Assembly: GCA_043780835.1 (NCBI GenBank)
Contig: JAYWCB010000009.1
Coordinates: 1-61,081 of the forward strand
DNA: 61,081 bases
Source of the DNA: Minisyncoccota bacterium
GTDB taxonomy: Bacteria; Patescibacteriota; Minisyncoccia; Phycocordibacterales; UBA2100
Direction of reading: 5' to 3'
This document shows positions 38,286-48,870 of this stretch, one piece after another; position 1 is the stretch's first letter; each line of letters opens with the position of its first letter. Both the position numbers and the translations under genes were made by a program. The notes under the pieces are model-generated. The model was not told where the DNA came from. It saw only the letters and a list, made by a program, of their open reading frames with translations, and did no database searches.

Positions 38286-39704
38286 ATGAAAAATCATTCA
38301 CTGTCTCGTGGTGTGACGACGCTTCTGGTGCTTTTATATATGGCGCTGTTTGTATTGATTTTAAGTACAATTTCGGGATACGCACTCACGCAGTCCCGAT
38401 ACGGTCGCGCGCTCGCCGCGCGCGAACAAGCGCTCCATGTCGCCGAAGCAGGGATCGAATATTACCGATGGTACTTGGCCCACAATGCTTCGATTCTTAC
38501 CAGTGGGACTGGTCTGATTACCAAAACATACACGGAGACAGATCCAGAAACGGGAGCAGTGGGGGATGCGACTATTACCGCGAGCGCATCGATGCAGTGC
38601 GGTACCGTGCAGTGGATAGATTTAGAATCAAAGGGAATTGCGTATGCTGATCGTCAATTTTCGCGTACGCTTAAGGCACGTTACATGCGTCCTACCGTTG
38701 CTGAATATTCATACGTCGTGAATACCAACGTCTGGGCAGGACCCGACAGAAATATCCGTGGTCCGTATCACTCGAATGGGGGCGTTCGTATGGACGGAAG
38801 CAGCAACTCCACGGTTTCGAGCTCCGTATCCAATTGGAACTGCAACGCAAGTTACGGTTGCCCATCTCCACAATCAAATGCTCCCGGGGTTATTGGAAAT
38901 GGTACAAATCCCGAGTTGTGGAAATTCCCCGTACCAACAATCGATTTTGCACTAATCGCGGTAAATTTCACGGATTTGAAGGCAAAAGCACAGACCGGCG
39001 GGGGTGTGTATTATGGTCCCGCGAGTGGTTCTGTTAACAATCGCGGCTACCATGTGATATTTAACGCGAACGGCACATATACGCTCTATCGCGTGACGTC
39101 CACTGACGGCTATCCGAGTCAGTCGAGTCAGTTTGGCAATACAAGTGAATTCAGTGTCATCGCTGCAGAAACACTCATCGGAACCTTTCCGGTACCCGCG
39201 ACGTGCTCACTTATGTATTTTGAAGATCGAGTGTGGGTAGAGGGGACCGTGAATGCGAAAGTGACGGTGGTTGCTGCTACGCTCTCCAACGGCAATACGC
39301 CCGACGCGTTCCTCAACAATAATATTTATTACAGTAAGTACGATGGAACTAACGGGCTGACTGTTATAGCCCAGCGGAACGTTCTTATTCCTCTCATCGT
39401 TCCCGACAATATGGAAATTCACGGCATTTTTGTTGCGCAAAGCGGGCACTACGGCCGAGATTATTTTTCGACGAATAGTATTCCCTCGGCGTTGGATCAG
39501 TATGTATCGCAAACGAGCTTGCGCACGATCGGTACAGTCGTTTCCAACGGTCGTACGGGCACCTCGTGGATCTGCGGCGGCATTTTTTGTTCTGGATTTC
39601 AAACGAGATACGATTACTTTGATCAACCGCTCTCGCTTTCCCCGCCTCCATTCACGCCAATAACGACGACCGACTATGGTTTTTCGCTGTGGAGGGAGAA
39701 GTAG
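38286..39704 (+). CDS. PilX-like minor pilin
   Basis: SRG|VTTLLVL, ALHVAEAGIEY. Confidence 0.75.
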   Translation: MKNHSLSRGVTTLLVLLYMALFVLILSTISGYALTQSRYGRALAAREQALHVAEAGIEYYRWYLAHNASILTSGTGLITKTYTETDPETGAVGDATITASASMQCGTVQWIDLESKGIAYADRQFSRTLKARYMRPTVAEYSYVVNTNVWAGPDRNIRGPYHSNGGVRMDGSSNSTVSSSVSNWNCNASYGCPSPQSNAPGVIGNGTNPELWKFPVPTIDFALIAVNFTDLKAKAQTGGGVYYGPASGSVNNRGYHVIFNANGTYTLYRVTSTDGYPSQSSQFGNTSEFSVIAAETLIGTFPVPATCSLMYFEDRVWVEGTVNAKVTVVAATLSNGNTPDAFLNNNIYYSKYDGTNGLTVIAQRNVLIPLIVPDNMEIHGIFVAQSGHYGRDYFSTNSIPSALDQYVSQTSLRTIGTVVSNGRTGTSWICGGIFCSGFQTRYDYFDQPLSLSPPPFTPITTTDYGFSLWREK

Positions 39705-39846
39705 CTCGGGTATCCTCTGCTATTTCGGAGTACGAACTTTTCTACTGAAAAGTTCTCAATCCTCGCGCCAAGCGCTGCGGGGCCTCCGAAATAGCAGAGG
39801 ATACGCTCGTGGGTGATGAAAATTCGACCATGATACAATTCGGCGC

Positions 39847-40599
39847 ATGAAATCTCTGCTCGTTGCGAATTGGAAAATGAATCCCGCTACATTTAAGGAG
39901 GCAAAGGCGCTTCTCGATGCGACGAAAAAAGCAGGGGACAAGGCGCGACAAGTCTCCATCGTGCTTGCTCCGCCGAGTGTGTACTTACGGCAGCTACGGC
40001 TTCTTTATAAAGGTACGCGTATCTCGTTCTGTGCACAAAACGCAAATGCGGAACCGGGTGGAGCGTTCACCGGTGATATTTCTCTGGTTCAAGTTCGCGA
40101 TGCAAAAGCCACGTTCGTTCTTGTCGGGCACGCCGAACGCCGTGCGGCCGGGGAGACGAACGATGACACCAAGAAAAAGGTCGCTGCTTCGCTCGCACTC
40201 AATATGACGCCGGTACTCTGCATTGGTGAGACGCAGCGAACGAGCTCGGGCGATCATTTCGCGTTTGTCGCGGACCAGCTTAAAACAGGACTCACCGGCG
40301 TTCAAAAACCGATGCTAAAAAAAGTATTGATTGCATACGAACCGGTCTGGGCCATCGGCGCATCGGTTCCTATGTCTGCGCGAGACATGCATGAAATGGC
40401 AATTTTTATACGTAAAACGGTCGTGGGCATGCACGGCGACATTGGCATGCAGATGCGGATTTTGTACGGCGGCTCGATCGATGCGACAAATGCGGCCGAG
40501 ATGTGTCGCGACGGAGATGTGGAAGGATTGCTCGTCGGACGCGCATCATCCGATCCGCGTAAAATTACGGCGCTTATCACCGCTCTGAACGCCGCGTAA
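39847..40599 (+). CDS. tpiA: Triosephosphate isomerase
   Basis: ANWKMN, GHAERR, IAYEPVWAIG, LYGGSI, GLLVGRAS. Confidence 0.97.
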   Translation: MKSLLVANWKMNPATFKEAKALLDATKKAGDKARQVSIVLAPPSVYLRQLRLLYKGTRISFCAQNANAEPGGAFTGDISLVQVRDAKATFVLVGHAERRAAGETNDDTKKKVAASLALNMTPVLCIGETQRTSSGDHFAFVADQLKTGLTGVQKPMLKKVLIAYEPVWAIGASVPMSARDMHEMAIFIRKTVVGMHGDIGMQMRILYGGSIDATNAAEMCRDGDVEGLLVGRASSDPRKITALITALNAA

Positions 40600-40601
40600 T
40601 C

Positions 40602-41729
40602 ATGAAATGCATCCGCGACGTTCCCGAGAGCGAGCTCACGGGTAAATATATTCTCGTACGAGCAGGATTTGATGTGCCTCTTACCGCACACGGCGAGGTC
40701 GCCGATCTCTTCCGTGTACATCGGTCCGCAGAAACAATCGCCTACCTCGCAAAACTCGGCGCCCGTGTCATCATTCTCTCGCATATCGGACGCGATCCGG
40801 AAGAAACAAACGCACCGGTTGCGCGAGCGCTGAAGAGCGAGGTCGCGCTCACCTATGTAAAGGATTTGACGGGACAAGTCGCGCACGATGCCAAGCACGC
40901 GATGCGCGACGGCGACGTGCTCATGCTCGAAAATTTGCGACGTGATCCGCGCGAAGTAAAAAATGACGACGGACTCGCGCGAGAGCTTGCAGGCCTCGGT
41001 GATATATACGTCAATGACGCTTTTTCTGCCGCGCATCGCTCACATGCATCGATTGTGGGTATCCCAAAATATCTGCCGCACTATTCGGGGCTTCTCATTG
41101 ATGCGGAAGTTCGCGAGCTTTCAAAAGCGCGTAATCCGCAGCATCCGTCATTTGCCATATTAGGTGGAGCAAAATTTGAAACAAAGGCACCGCTCATCCG
41201 ATCCCTGTTAAACGCGTATGACTCAGTTTTCATTACCGGCGCCCTTGCCAACGACGTTTTCAAGGCGCGGGGTCTGCCGGTGGGCCGCTCAACAATTTCA
41301 ACAGAACTACCCGGAGAAGACGTGCTCAGTAATCCTCATTTTTTGGCTCCCGTCGATGTAACTGTCGAGCGGCTTGATAAGCAGGCGCAGGTGAAGGTTC
41401 CGGCGGATGTCGTTTCCGGAGACAAGATTGTAGACATCGGTCCCGAAACAATCGCTCTCATTGCGCCAAAAATAGCAGAAGCAAAATTTATTCTATGGAA
41501 TGGCCCGACGGGGCTCTACGAAGCCGGCTACGGTGAGTGGACGCACGCGATTGCTGAATTAATCGCAAAGTGTGACGCGCAAAAAGTTATTGGCGGCGGC
41601 GATACCATTGCAGTAATTGAAGAAAGTGGCATGCGCCGCGAAAATCTTGGGTTTCTTTCAACCGGTGGAGGTGCGATGCTCGAGTACATTCTGGATGGAA
41701 CTCTTCCGGGGCTCGAAGCACTCAATTAA
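40602..41729 (+). CDS. pgk: Phosphoglycerate kinase
   Basis: SHIGR, LENLR, YVNDAFSAAHRSHAS, ILGGAK, DIGP.T, WNGP.G, GGGDT, STGGGA.LE. Confidence 0.97.
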   Translation: MKCIRDVPESELTGKYILVRAGFDVPLTAHGEVADLFRVHRSAETIAYLAKLGARVIILSHIGRDPEETNAPVARALKSEVALTYVKDLTGQVAHDAKHAMRDGDVLMLENLRRDPREVKNDDGLARELAGLGDIYVNDAFSAAHRSHASIVGIPKYLPHYSGLLIDAEVRELSKARNPQHPSFAILGGAKFETKAPLIRSLLNAYDSVFITGALANDVFKARGLPVGRSTISTELPGEDVLSNPHFLAPVDVTVERLDKQAQVKVPADVVSGDKIVDIGPETIALIAPKIAEAKFILWNGPTGLYEAGYGEWTHAIAELIAKCDAQKVIGGGDTIAVIEESGMRRENLGFLSTGGGAMLEYILDGTLPGLEALN

Positions 41730-41826
41730 TTGACTCGATTACGAGAAGAAAGATGTAGCCCCACGGTACGTCTCATGTGCGGGACAACGCATCTCTTTAT
41801 TCATACGATCGTCTTATAATTGAATT

Positions 41827-43311
41827 ATGAATACTAAATCGCTCGTTCGAGGTCTCATTATTTCAGTCGTACTTGCGGCGCCGTTGGCAGTATTTGCACA
41901 AGCGGTAGTATCAACCGGTGCAGGATCCACATCACCAGTAGCATCACCTGTATTTGCTCAATATCGAGCGTGCACTGTTCTTGATCGAAATCTCTCGCTG
42001 GGACAGCGTGGTGATGATGTGCGTGCACTGCAGGAGTACCTCATTGGTGAGGGAATTTTGAAAGCCACGGCAACCGGTTTTTTCGGTTCAATGACGCGTT
42101 CAGCCGTAACACAGTGGCAAATGGGTAATGGCGTACGTGCTGCTGGATCATTTGGTCCTCTTTCTCGCGAACGCATCAAAAGCCTGTGCGGCAATAGCAG
42201 AACACTTTCAGTAACGCCACAAAACGGCGACGCACCTCTTGTGGTCACATTTACAACAACTATCGGTATCAATGACGCGCTCCCCTGGGTTGATTTCGGT
42301 GATGGTCAGAAAGATGTCATGACAAAGGGTTCTTGTATCGCCATTATGGCAATCAAGGGCGGCCAAGGAGGAATTCGATGCGCCGCAACAGGTTCGCACA
42401 CGTATAGCCAAAATGGTTCGTACACTGCACGACTCAGTGCATCACCGAAGGGGTCGGTGGTTGTGACTGTAGGTGATCCGAATCCGAACAATGGATCAAT
42501 TACTGCGGATCCGCAATCGGGATCAGCGCCACTCGCGGTTACCTTCACGTACCATCCGTCGAGCGAAACCGGAACATACTGGATAGACTTCGGTGATGGC
42601 CAGGGCCAACAAATGGATGTGCATCAGATTTATTGTTTCCGCGCGCCATGTATCAGTCCATCGGTTGCGTCGCATACCTATACAACGCCGGGCACCTATA
42701 GCGCATACGTCACCGCGTATATCGGATGCATGCACACCACTCCTCGCTGCATGATTGCTACCGTGCTGCTCGCAAAAACCACTGTCACGGTGACGGATAC
42801 GAATAGTAGCGGTACTCCGGTGATCTCCGGATTCTCGGGACCGGTATCGCTGTCGGTCAATGAAGTGGGTACGTGGAAGATCATTGCTTCAGATCCTGCA
42901 AACGGATCATTGAATTACTCGATTTTGTGGGGAGATGAATCGACCAACGGAGCCATGCCGAATAAAACGATGGCACCTGCATCGAGTATTCAGCAAAACA
43001 CGTCATTCACACACTCGTATACGAGCGCCGGAAACTATACAGTCGCCGTAACGGTGACAAATGCTGCCGGAAAATCTTCGCAATCAACGGCGAGCGTACA
43101 GGTTGGACAAATGGTGTGCACGGCACAGTATCAGCCGGTATGCGCCCGTCCGAACGGGTGTTCAAACACCTGTGCACCTGGTATGAATTGCACGATGCAG
43201 TGTCAGCTCTACCCGCCACAGACGTATTCAAATCGGTGTGTCATGAATACCTCGAATGCAACGTTTATGCACGACGGAGCATGCGCCGGCAATGAGGGAT
43301 ATCTCCAGTAG
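41827..43311 (+). CDS. Secreted protein: peptidoglycan-binding domain, PKD repeats, C-terminal Kazal-like domain
   Basis: RNLSLG.RGDDV.ALQ.YL..G.FG..T..AV..WQ; three DFGDG/WGD..H.Y...G.Y repeats; CTAQYQPVC..TYSN.C..G.C. Confidence 0.8.
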   Translation: MNTKSLVRGLIISVVLAAPLAVFAQAVVSTGAGSTSPVASPVFAQYRACTVLDRNLSLGQRGDDVRALQEYLIGEGILKATATGFFGSMTRSAVTQWQMGNGVRAAGSFGPLSRERIKSLCGNSRTLSVTPQNGDAPLVVTFTTTIGINDALPWVDFGDGQKDVMTKGSCIAIMAIKGGQGGIRCAATGSHTYSQNGSYTARLSASPKGSVVVTVGDPNPNNGSITADPQSGSAPLAVTFTYHPSSETGTYWIDFGDGQGQQMDVHQIYCFRAPCISPSVASHTYTTPGTYSAYVTAYIGCMHTTPRCMIATVLLAKTTVTVTDTNSSGTPVISGFSGPVSLSVNEVGTWKIIASDPANGSLNYSILWGDESTNGAMPNKTMAPASSIQQNTSFTHSYTSAGNYTVAVTVTNAAGKSSQSTASVQVGQMVCTAQYQPVCARPNGCSNTCAPGMNCTMQCQLYPPQTYSNRCVMNTSNATFMHDGACAGNEGYLQ

Positions 43312-43377
43312 GTTGAAAAATTTCGACCAAAAAACGGCGCTCTCGAGCGCCGTTTTTTATTGGTCATAGGCGGCGAG

Positions 43378-43797
43378 TTACTTCTCCTCGGCGAGCGCGG
43401 CGATTGTTTTTTTGAGAATTGCTGAGCTCTCATCCGTGTCGAATGCGTGGTGCGGCCACAATTTTAGTCCGTCTCCTTTAAAGCGTGGGATCAAATGCAC
43501 GTGCGCGTGATGCACGACTTGCCCGGCATGTTCGCGGTTGTTCATCATGAGGTTCACGCCGTCGGCTGCTGCACCTGATTCGAGCGCGTGCGCAACTTTG
43601 TGAACCACCTGCTGAACACGCTCCCACGTTTCAACCGACATGTCGAAGATTGTTGCGGCGTGTATCTTGGGAATCACGAGTGTATGCCCGGGATTGACCG
43701 GATGAATATCTAAGAACGCGAGCGCCGCATCATCTTCGTACAATTTGTTCGATGGCAGATCGCCGCTCACTATTTTGCAAAAGATACATTCGTTCAT
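43378..43797 (-). CDS. HIT family nucleotide hydrolase
   Basis: CIFCKI, AFLDI.P..PGHTLVIPK.H, GQVVHHAHVHLIPR. Confidence 0.95.
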   Translation of the reverse strand: MNECIFCKIVSGDLPSNKLYEDDAALAFLDIHPVNPGHTLVIPKIHAATIFDMSVETWERVQQVVHKVAHALESGAAADGVNLMMNNREHAGQVVHHAHVHLIPRFKGDGLKLWPHHAFDTDESSAILKKTIAALAEEK

Positions 43798-43904
43798 GTC
43801 GTGAGTGTACTCCTTTGAGTATGAAGCGTCGATATACTTGTCGTACGGCAAAAGTCGTTCTGCGACACGCTCGCAGGGTGTGCTCGTGAGATACAATACT
43901 GCGC

Positions 43905-45584
43905 ATGGAAGTCGGAGAAATTGAATTGAGCGATGTCGTGCGAGCGCTGCTCAAGACGCGCGGTGTCGTTACCGTGGAAGATATTGAGGCATTTTTACGC
44001 CCTGACTATGCGCTCCATACGCATGCGGCTGAAATGATCGAGGATATGTCACTGGCGACGATGCGTCTCATCGATGCTATTGAAAACGATGAGCGCATCG
44101 CGGTCTATGCCGATTTCGACTGCGACGGAATTCCGGGCGCATCAGTCTTGAGTGATTTTTTTGAAAAGATCGGATATACAAACGTGCGCCTGTACATTCC
44201 GCATCGCGACAATGAAGGATATGGATTCCATACCGACGCGATTTCCGCACTCGCTGCAGATTCGGTAAAACTTATCATTACGGTCGACGTGGGCACCAAT
44301 GCGTACGACGCGGTCGTGCATTCGAATTCGCTCGGTGTTGATGTGATCGTCACCGATCATCATGAGCTCATCGGTGATCCTCCGCCTGCAATAGCGATTT
44401 TAAACCCGAAGCGGGGGACGTATCCGTTTCCCAGTCTGTGCGGAGCTGCAATGGCATTCAAATTGGTGCAGGCGACTTTGTACGAAGGCAAACGGCGCAG
44501 TATTGCACGGTATCTCGCTGTCGCCGATGGCTGGGAAAAATGGCTACTCGATTTGGTTGCCATTGCAACCATCGCCGATATGGTGCCGCTCATTGGCGAA
44601 AATCGCGTGCTCGCGCATTGGGGACTGCAAGTACTGCGTAAGTCACCGCGACCGGGGATTATCGCCCTCTGTATTAAATTGCGGCTGCGCAAAGCGGAAC
44701 TTACAGAACAAGACATCGGCTTTTCGATCGGTCCGCGCATCAATGCGGCGTCACGTATGGGCACACCGGACCTCGCACTTAAACTATTGACCACAAAAGA
44801 TCACATCGAAGCAACGGCCATCGCAGCAGAGTTGGAGAAACTGAATGCATCACGAAAGGGGGTCGTTGCCGGTATTGTGCGTGAAATCAAAAAACGCTCG
44901 AAGGAGCGATTTAGCGATACGGACCGTGTGGTCGTGCTTGGTAATCCCGACTGGAAGCCCGCACTCCTCGGTCTCGCGGCAAATTCAATTATGAACGACC
45001 GCGGAGGAGTGGTTTGTTTATGGGGAAGAGACAGTAAAGGAAATATTAAAGGCTCGTGTCGTTCCGATGGCGCGCTTTCGGTCGTCGATTTGTTTACTGC
45101 CGCCACAGGATCGTTTATAGAATTCGGCGGGCACGCAGCATCCGGTGGATTCTCTGTTATCCCGGAGAAGGTCCATACGCTCCAAGAAGACCTTGCTGCC
45201 GCGGCAGAAACTCTGGAACGGGCTCCACAGACAGAAACGGTGAGCGCCGATATGACGCTCACCTTGTCACAGATTTCGTGGCCGCTCTTTCGCGACATGG
45301 CACGGCTCGCGCCGTTTGGTATGGGTAATCCGAAACCGATCATCCGTATCAGTAAGACAAAAGTGGTGAGCCTGAAGCGATTCGGTAAGGAGCAGAATCA
45401 CGTGGAAGTCACGCTTGCATGTACCGAAACTGGAGAAACAGCGCGCGCCTATGATTTTTTTCGTGGGCCGGAAGATTTTACGAATATTCCGGCATTGGAA
45501 ATGACAACGACTGCGCTTGCAACGATTGAGCGAGACACCTTTCGCGGCGGACTCGCGCTGCGACTCCTCGATATGTTGCCATAA
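43905..45584 (+). CDS. recJ: Single-stranded DNA exonuclease RecJ
   Basis: YADFDCDG, ITVDVG, VTDHH, IADMVPL.GENR, GPRINAASRM, GSCRS, FGGHAASGG, PFGMGNPKP. Confidence 0.96.
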   Translation: MEVGEIELSDVVRALLKTRGVVTVEDIEAFLRPDYALHTHAAEMIEDMSLATMRLIDAIENDERIAVYADFDCDGIPGASVLSDFFEKIGYTNVRLYIPHRDNEGYGFHTDAISALAADSVKLIITVDVGTNAYDAVVHSNSLGVDVIVTDHHELIGDPPPAIAILNPKRGTYPFPSLCGAAMAFKLVQATLYEGKRRSIARYLAVADGWEKWLLDLVAIATIADMVPLIGENRVLAHWGLQVLRKSPRPGIIALCIKLRLRKAELTEQDIGFSIGPRINAASRMGTPDLALKLLTTKDHIEATAIAAELEKLNASRKGVVAGIVREIKKRSKERFSDTDRVVVLGNPDWKPALLGLAANSIMNDRGGVVCLWGRDSKGNIKGSCRSDGALSVVDLFTAATGSFIEFGGHAASGGFSVIPEKVHTLQEDLAAAAETLERAPQTETVSADMTLTLSQISWPLFRDMARLAPFGMGNPKPIIRISKTKVVSLKRFGKEQNHVEVTLACTETGETARAYDFFRGPEDFTNIPALEMTTTALATIERDTFRGGLALRLLDMLP

Positions 45585-45644
45585 AAAGCCACGTCCACAG
45601 GCTCCGTGTGTGTACGCGCAGGACATGCTAGCGTTGAGGTATGA

Positions 45645-45758
45645 ATCCCGTTAGAAATCGCGGACACGCGTATGCGGGGTTCGATTGAGCAGTACATATA
45701 ACAACTAATCAAGTAGGGTTCGGCACTTTTGTAGTCCGCGTCCTATTTCTAACGGGAT
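45645..45758 (+). promoter_or_regulatory. Long leader hairpin overlapping the downstream start codon
   Basis: ATCCCGTTAGAAAT 45645-45658 pairs with 45745-45758; CGCGGAC 45659-45665 pairs with 45734-45740. Confidence 0.5.
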
Positions 45759-46395
45759 GAACACATTTTCTATAGAGGCGGCATTTCGTTTCGGGTGGGA
45801 CACCTTCAAAAAACGTCCCGGATTTTTTATCGGCATGACGGTTATTATTCTCGTCGTTTCGTGGCTGAGCGGATTCATCCTTGGCATGCTGGGTCAAAAG
45901 GGAAACTTCATCAGCGGATTGTTCAATCTTGCAATTACCACGCTCGTTGATCTCGGCGTTGTCGCGACTATGTTGAAAGTGTATGACGCCCCGGATAGTG
46001 GGACATTTTCAGATTTGTGGCATCCACAGCAGTATTTCTCATACCTCGCTGCCACGCTCCTCACCGCGATTATCGTGGTTGTCGGACTGATTCTTCTGAT
46101 CGTGCCGGGTCTGATTGCGGCGGTTGCACTTATATTCGTAAAATTCATCGTTGTTGATCGCAACATGGGACCGATCGATGCGCTCAAAGAAAGTGCACGC
46201 ATCACCAAGGGTCACCGGGTAACGCTCCTTCTCTTTGTGCTCGCGGTCATCGTTCTCAATATCGTCGGTGCACTATTGCTCATTGTGCCGCTGCTTATTA
46301 CGATACCGATCTCGTCGCTTGCGATGGTGTACGCGTATCGAACAATCGCACATACCGCGAGTGAGGTCATGCCCGTAGCGGCGCCGGCTGTCTAA
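45757..46395 (+). CDS. Integral membrane protein (DUF975-like)
   Basis: Several TM helices; LIVPGLI, MGPIDALKESARITKG. Confidence 0.75.
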   Translation: MNTFSIEAAFRFGWDTFKKRPGFFIGMTVIILVVSWLSGFILGMLGQKGNFISGLFNLAITTLVDLGVVATMLKVYDAPDSGTFSDLWHPQQYFSYLAATLLTAIIVVVGLILLIVPGLIAAVALIFVKFIVVDRNMGPIDALKESARITKGHRVTLLLFVLAVIVLNIVGALLLIVPLLITIPISSLAMVYAYRTIAHTASEVMPVAAPAV

Positions 46396-46457
46396 GGAAT
46401 GAAAGAAACCACGAAACAAGAAAAACCCGGCTCGAGCCGGGTTTTTCTTCGTGTATC

Positions 46458-46877
46458 ATGTCGACGATGGAACGATTGATTCTCTATACAGACGGAGGTG
46501 CGCGCGGTAATCCCGGTCCTGCCGGTGCCGGTGCGATCGCATATGACGGTGATTCGATCGCGTTCGAGTTAAAGCAGTATCTCGGCGATCATCAGACAAA
46601 TAACTGGGCCGAGTACGAAGCGGTTGCACTCGCGCTTGCCGAAGCGCGAAATAGAGGCTTTGAAGGCCGCGCTATTGAGGTGCGTATGGATAGCAAGCTT
46701 GTCGTCGAACAGATATCCGGTAATTGGAAAATCAAAGAACCGACACTGAAACCGCAAGCGGCAAAAATACATGCACTGTTGAAACATTTTGCATCGTACA
46801 CATTTACCTACGTGCCACGCGAACAAAACAAAGAGGCAGATCGATTGGTAAATGAGGCGCTCGACGAAGTGCTTTGA
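46458..46877 (+). CDS. rnhA: Ribonuclease HI
   Basis: YTDGGARGNPGPAG, TNN.AEYEA, DSKLVVEQ, VPREQNKEAD.L.N. Confidence 0.94.
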   Translation: MSTMERLILYTDGGARGNPGPAGAGAIAYDGDSIAFELKQYLGDHQTNNWAEYEAVALALAEARNRGFEGRAIEVRMDSKLVVEQISGNWKIKEPTLKPQAAKIHALLKHFASYTFTYVPREQNKEADRLVNEALDEVL

Positions 46878-46889
46878 TACCCTGATGAG

Positions 46890-48369
46890 ATGCGCGGACA
46901 ACTCGGGCTTTACATCGTAGCCGGTTTTTTGTTGGGTGTCGGTATACGCTCTATTACGGCGGTATCAGTGCAGGTGCTTACCATGTGCATTGTGCTTAGT
47001 GCACTGTGCTTACTGACGGCGAGTGTATGGAAACAGTATGTATTTGTGCTCGCAGGCGTCGCGCTCTGCGGCGCATGTCTCGTTATCGGAATTCTTCGGT
47101 GCGACGCCGTGATGCCGCGACTCAACCCATACCTTGTCTCGAAAGTAGGAGCGCATGTTGTTATAAGCGGATATGTGGCCGATGAGCCGGATATTCGCGA
47201 GGGGAGCACTCGTTTGACGGTGGATGTGTCATCGATTGACGGGGTAGCAGTACGTGCACGTGTGCTTGTGGTTGCGCGGGCCTACGGAAGCGTGCAATAC
47301 GGAGATTTTGTTTCAGCCGAGGGAGTGCTACAAAAACCTACTGCATTTTTGAGCGGCGAAGGTCGTACGTTTAATTATCCTATGTATCTTGCGGTTCGAA
47401 ACATTTCATACGAACTATCATTTGCGCGCGCGCATCACCGGCGCATCTCCAAATCTGCTGAAGGCCGCTGCTCTCAATATAAAGATTATGTACATACGAG
47501 GTTTGCGGGCGGTTTTACCCGAACCGTACGCGGGTCTCGCTGCAGGAATTACCGCTGGCGATAAGCGGTCGGTCGGCGGTGCGTTGTCGGATGTGTTTCA
47601 GCGCGTATCCCTCATACACATACTGGTGCTTTCGGGGTACAACATCACGGTTGTGCTCGGTGCGCTCATGGGAGTTCTTGCACGTATCAGGCGCGAGCCG
47701 AGGCTCGTCATTGTGTTACTCATCGTTGCGTTCTTTGCGGTCGCCTCTGGTGGCGCGGCGAGCGCAATACGTGCGGGTGCAATGGCATTTTGCGCAGTTA
47801 CGGCGAGTATGTACGGGCGGCAATTTATTGCGCTCCGTGTTCTGCTTGCGGTTGTAAGCGCAATGGTTGTATGGAATCCGCTGCTGCTCATATACGATCC
47901 GGGCTTTCAACTTTCGTTTCTTGCAACACTCGGTCTCGTTCTTTTTTCGCCACACGCTACGCGTCTGCTGCACTCATGGCCTGCGCGATTCGGTATCCGG
48001 GAAATCGCTGCCGCGACGCTTTCCACACAGCTGTTGGTGTTACCGCTTCTGCTATACGGCAACGGGGTACTGAGCCTGGTCGCGCTCCCGGCAAATCTGT
48101 TTGCGCTCATTGCGGTACCGACCGCGATGGCTTTTTCTGGAATTGCAGCACTGAGTGGCATTCTGCTCGGCACATGGGGTACACTCTTTGCATTTCCTGC
48201 ATACATCTTACTCAGATACATTGTGTTTATTGCCACCACGTTTGCATCACTGCCGTTTGCGGCGGTGAGCGTGCCCGCGTTCAGTCCGATTATGCTTGTA
48301 CTTATGTATGCGGCACTATGCGGCGCATACGTGTACATTCAACGGCATCAACCTGCATCACAGACATAA
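46890..48369 (+). pseudogene. comEC: ComEC competence membrane channel, frameshifted at (GC)5 tract 47424-47433
   Basis: DUF4131/OB-like part (..FNYPMYL..ISY) in ORF 46890-47564; Competence part (G..HILVLSG.NI, AIRA, GFQLSFLAT, ANL) in ORF 47389-48369. Confidence 0.85.
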
Positions 48370-48414
48370 AAAAACAGCCGGCGAACCCGGCTGTTTTTTG
48401 CGAAGGTGAGCTAT

Positions 48415-48870
48415 TTACATTGTCTCACCGGAAACTGGCATTGCCTGTTTCTGCAGCCACCATCCGACGAGCGCGCTCGGAATCACCCAGTAACCCAAGA
48501 GTACAAGGGTTGACCAGCTCAAGAGGAACGGACCGAAGTTAGGAATGATCGAAAACATCTGCGAGATAGAACCGGTCTGTGCGAGCACACCGGTGACACC
48601 GGTCACGAAGGCTGTCACGATCGACACCAAGAATGCGATAACACCGAATATAATACCGGCGCGCATCGCTCGGGATCGAGCAACGGTTTTCAATGCCCAC
48701 CACGCAAAGACTGCCGAAAAGACGGCGGCGAGAATGACGTACGTGATGTACTGCGGCGTGATCACCTTTGTGGAGTTTGATGCCGGGATAAGAGCGACAA
48801 TTGCGGCGACAACGTTATTGATAATGTAGTTGCCAAGGAATGCAACCAGGATCGATCGTTCAAGATTCAT
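48415..48870 (-). CDS. Hypothetical membrane protein (about 4 TM)
   Basis: Four hydrophobic segments; ends at terminator AAAAAACAGCCGG..CCGGCTGTTTTTT. Confidence 0.7.
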   Translation of the reverse strand: MNLERSILVAFLGNYIINNVVAAIVALIPASNSTKVITPQYITYVILAAVFSAVFAWWALKTVARSRAMRAGIIFGVIAFLVSIVTAFVTGVTGVLAQTGSISQMFSIIPNFGPFLLSWSTLVLLGYWVIPSALVGWWLQKQAMPVSGETM

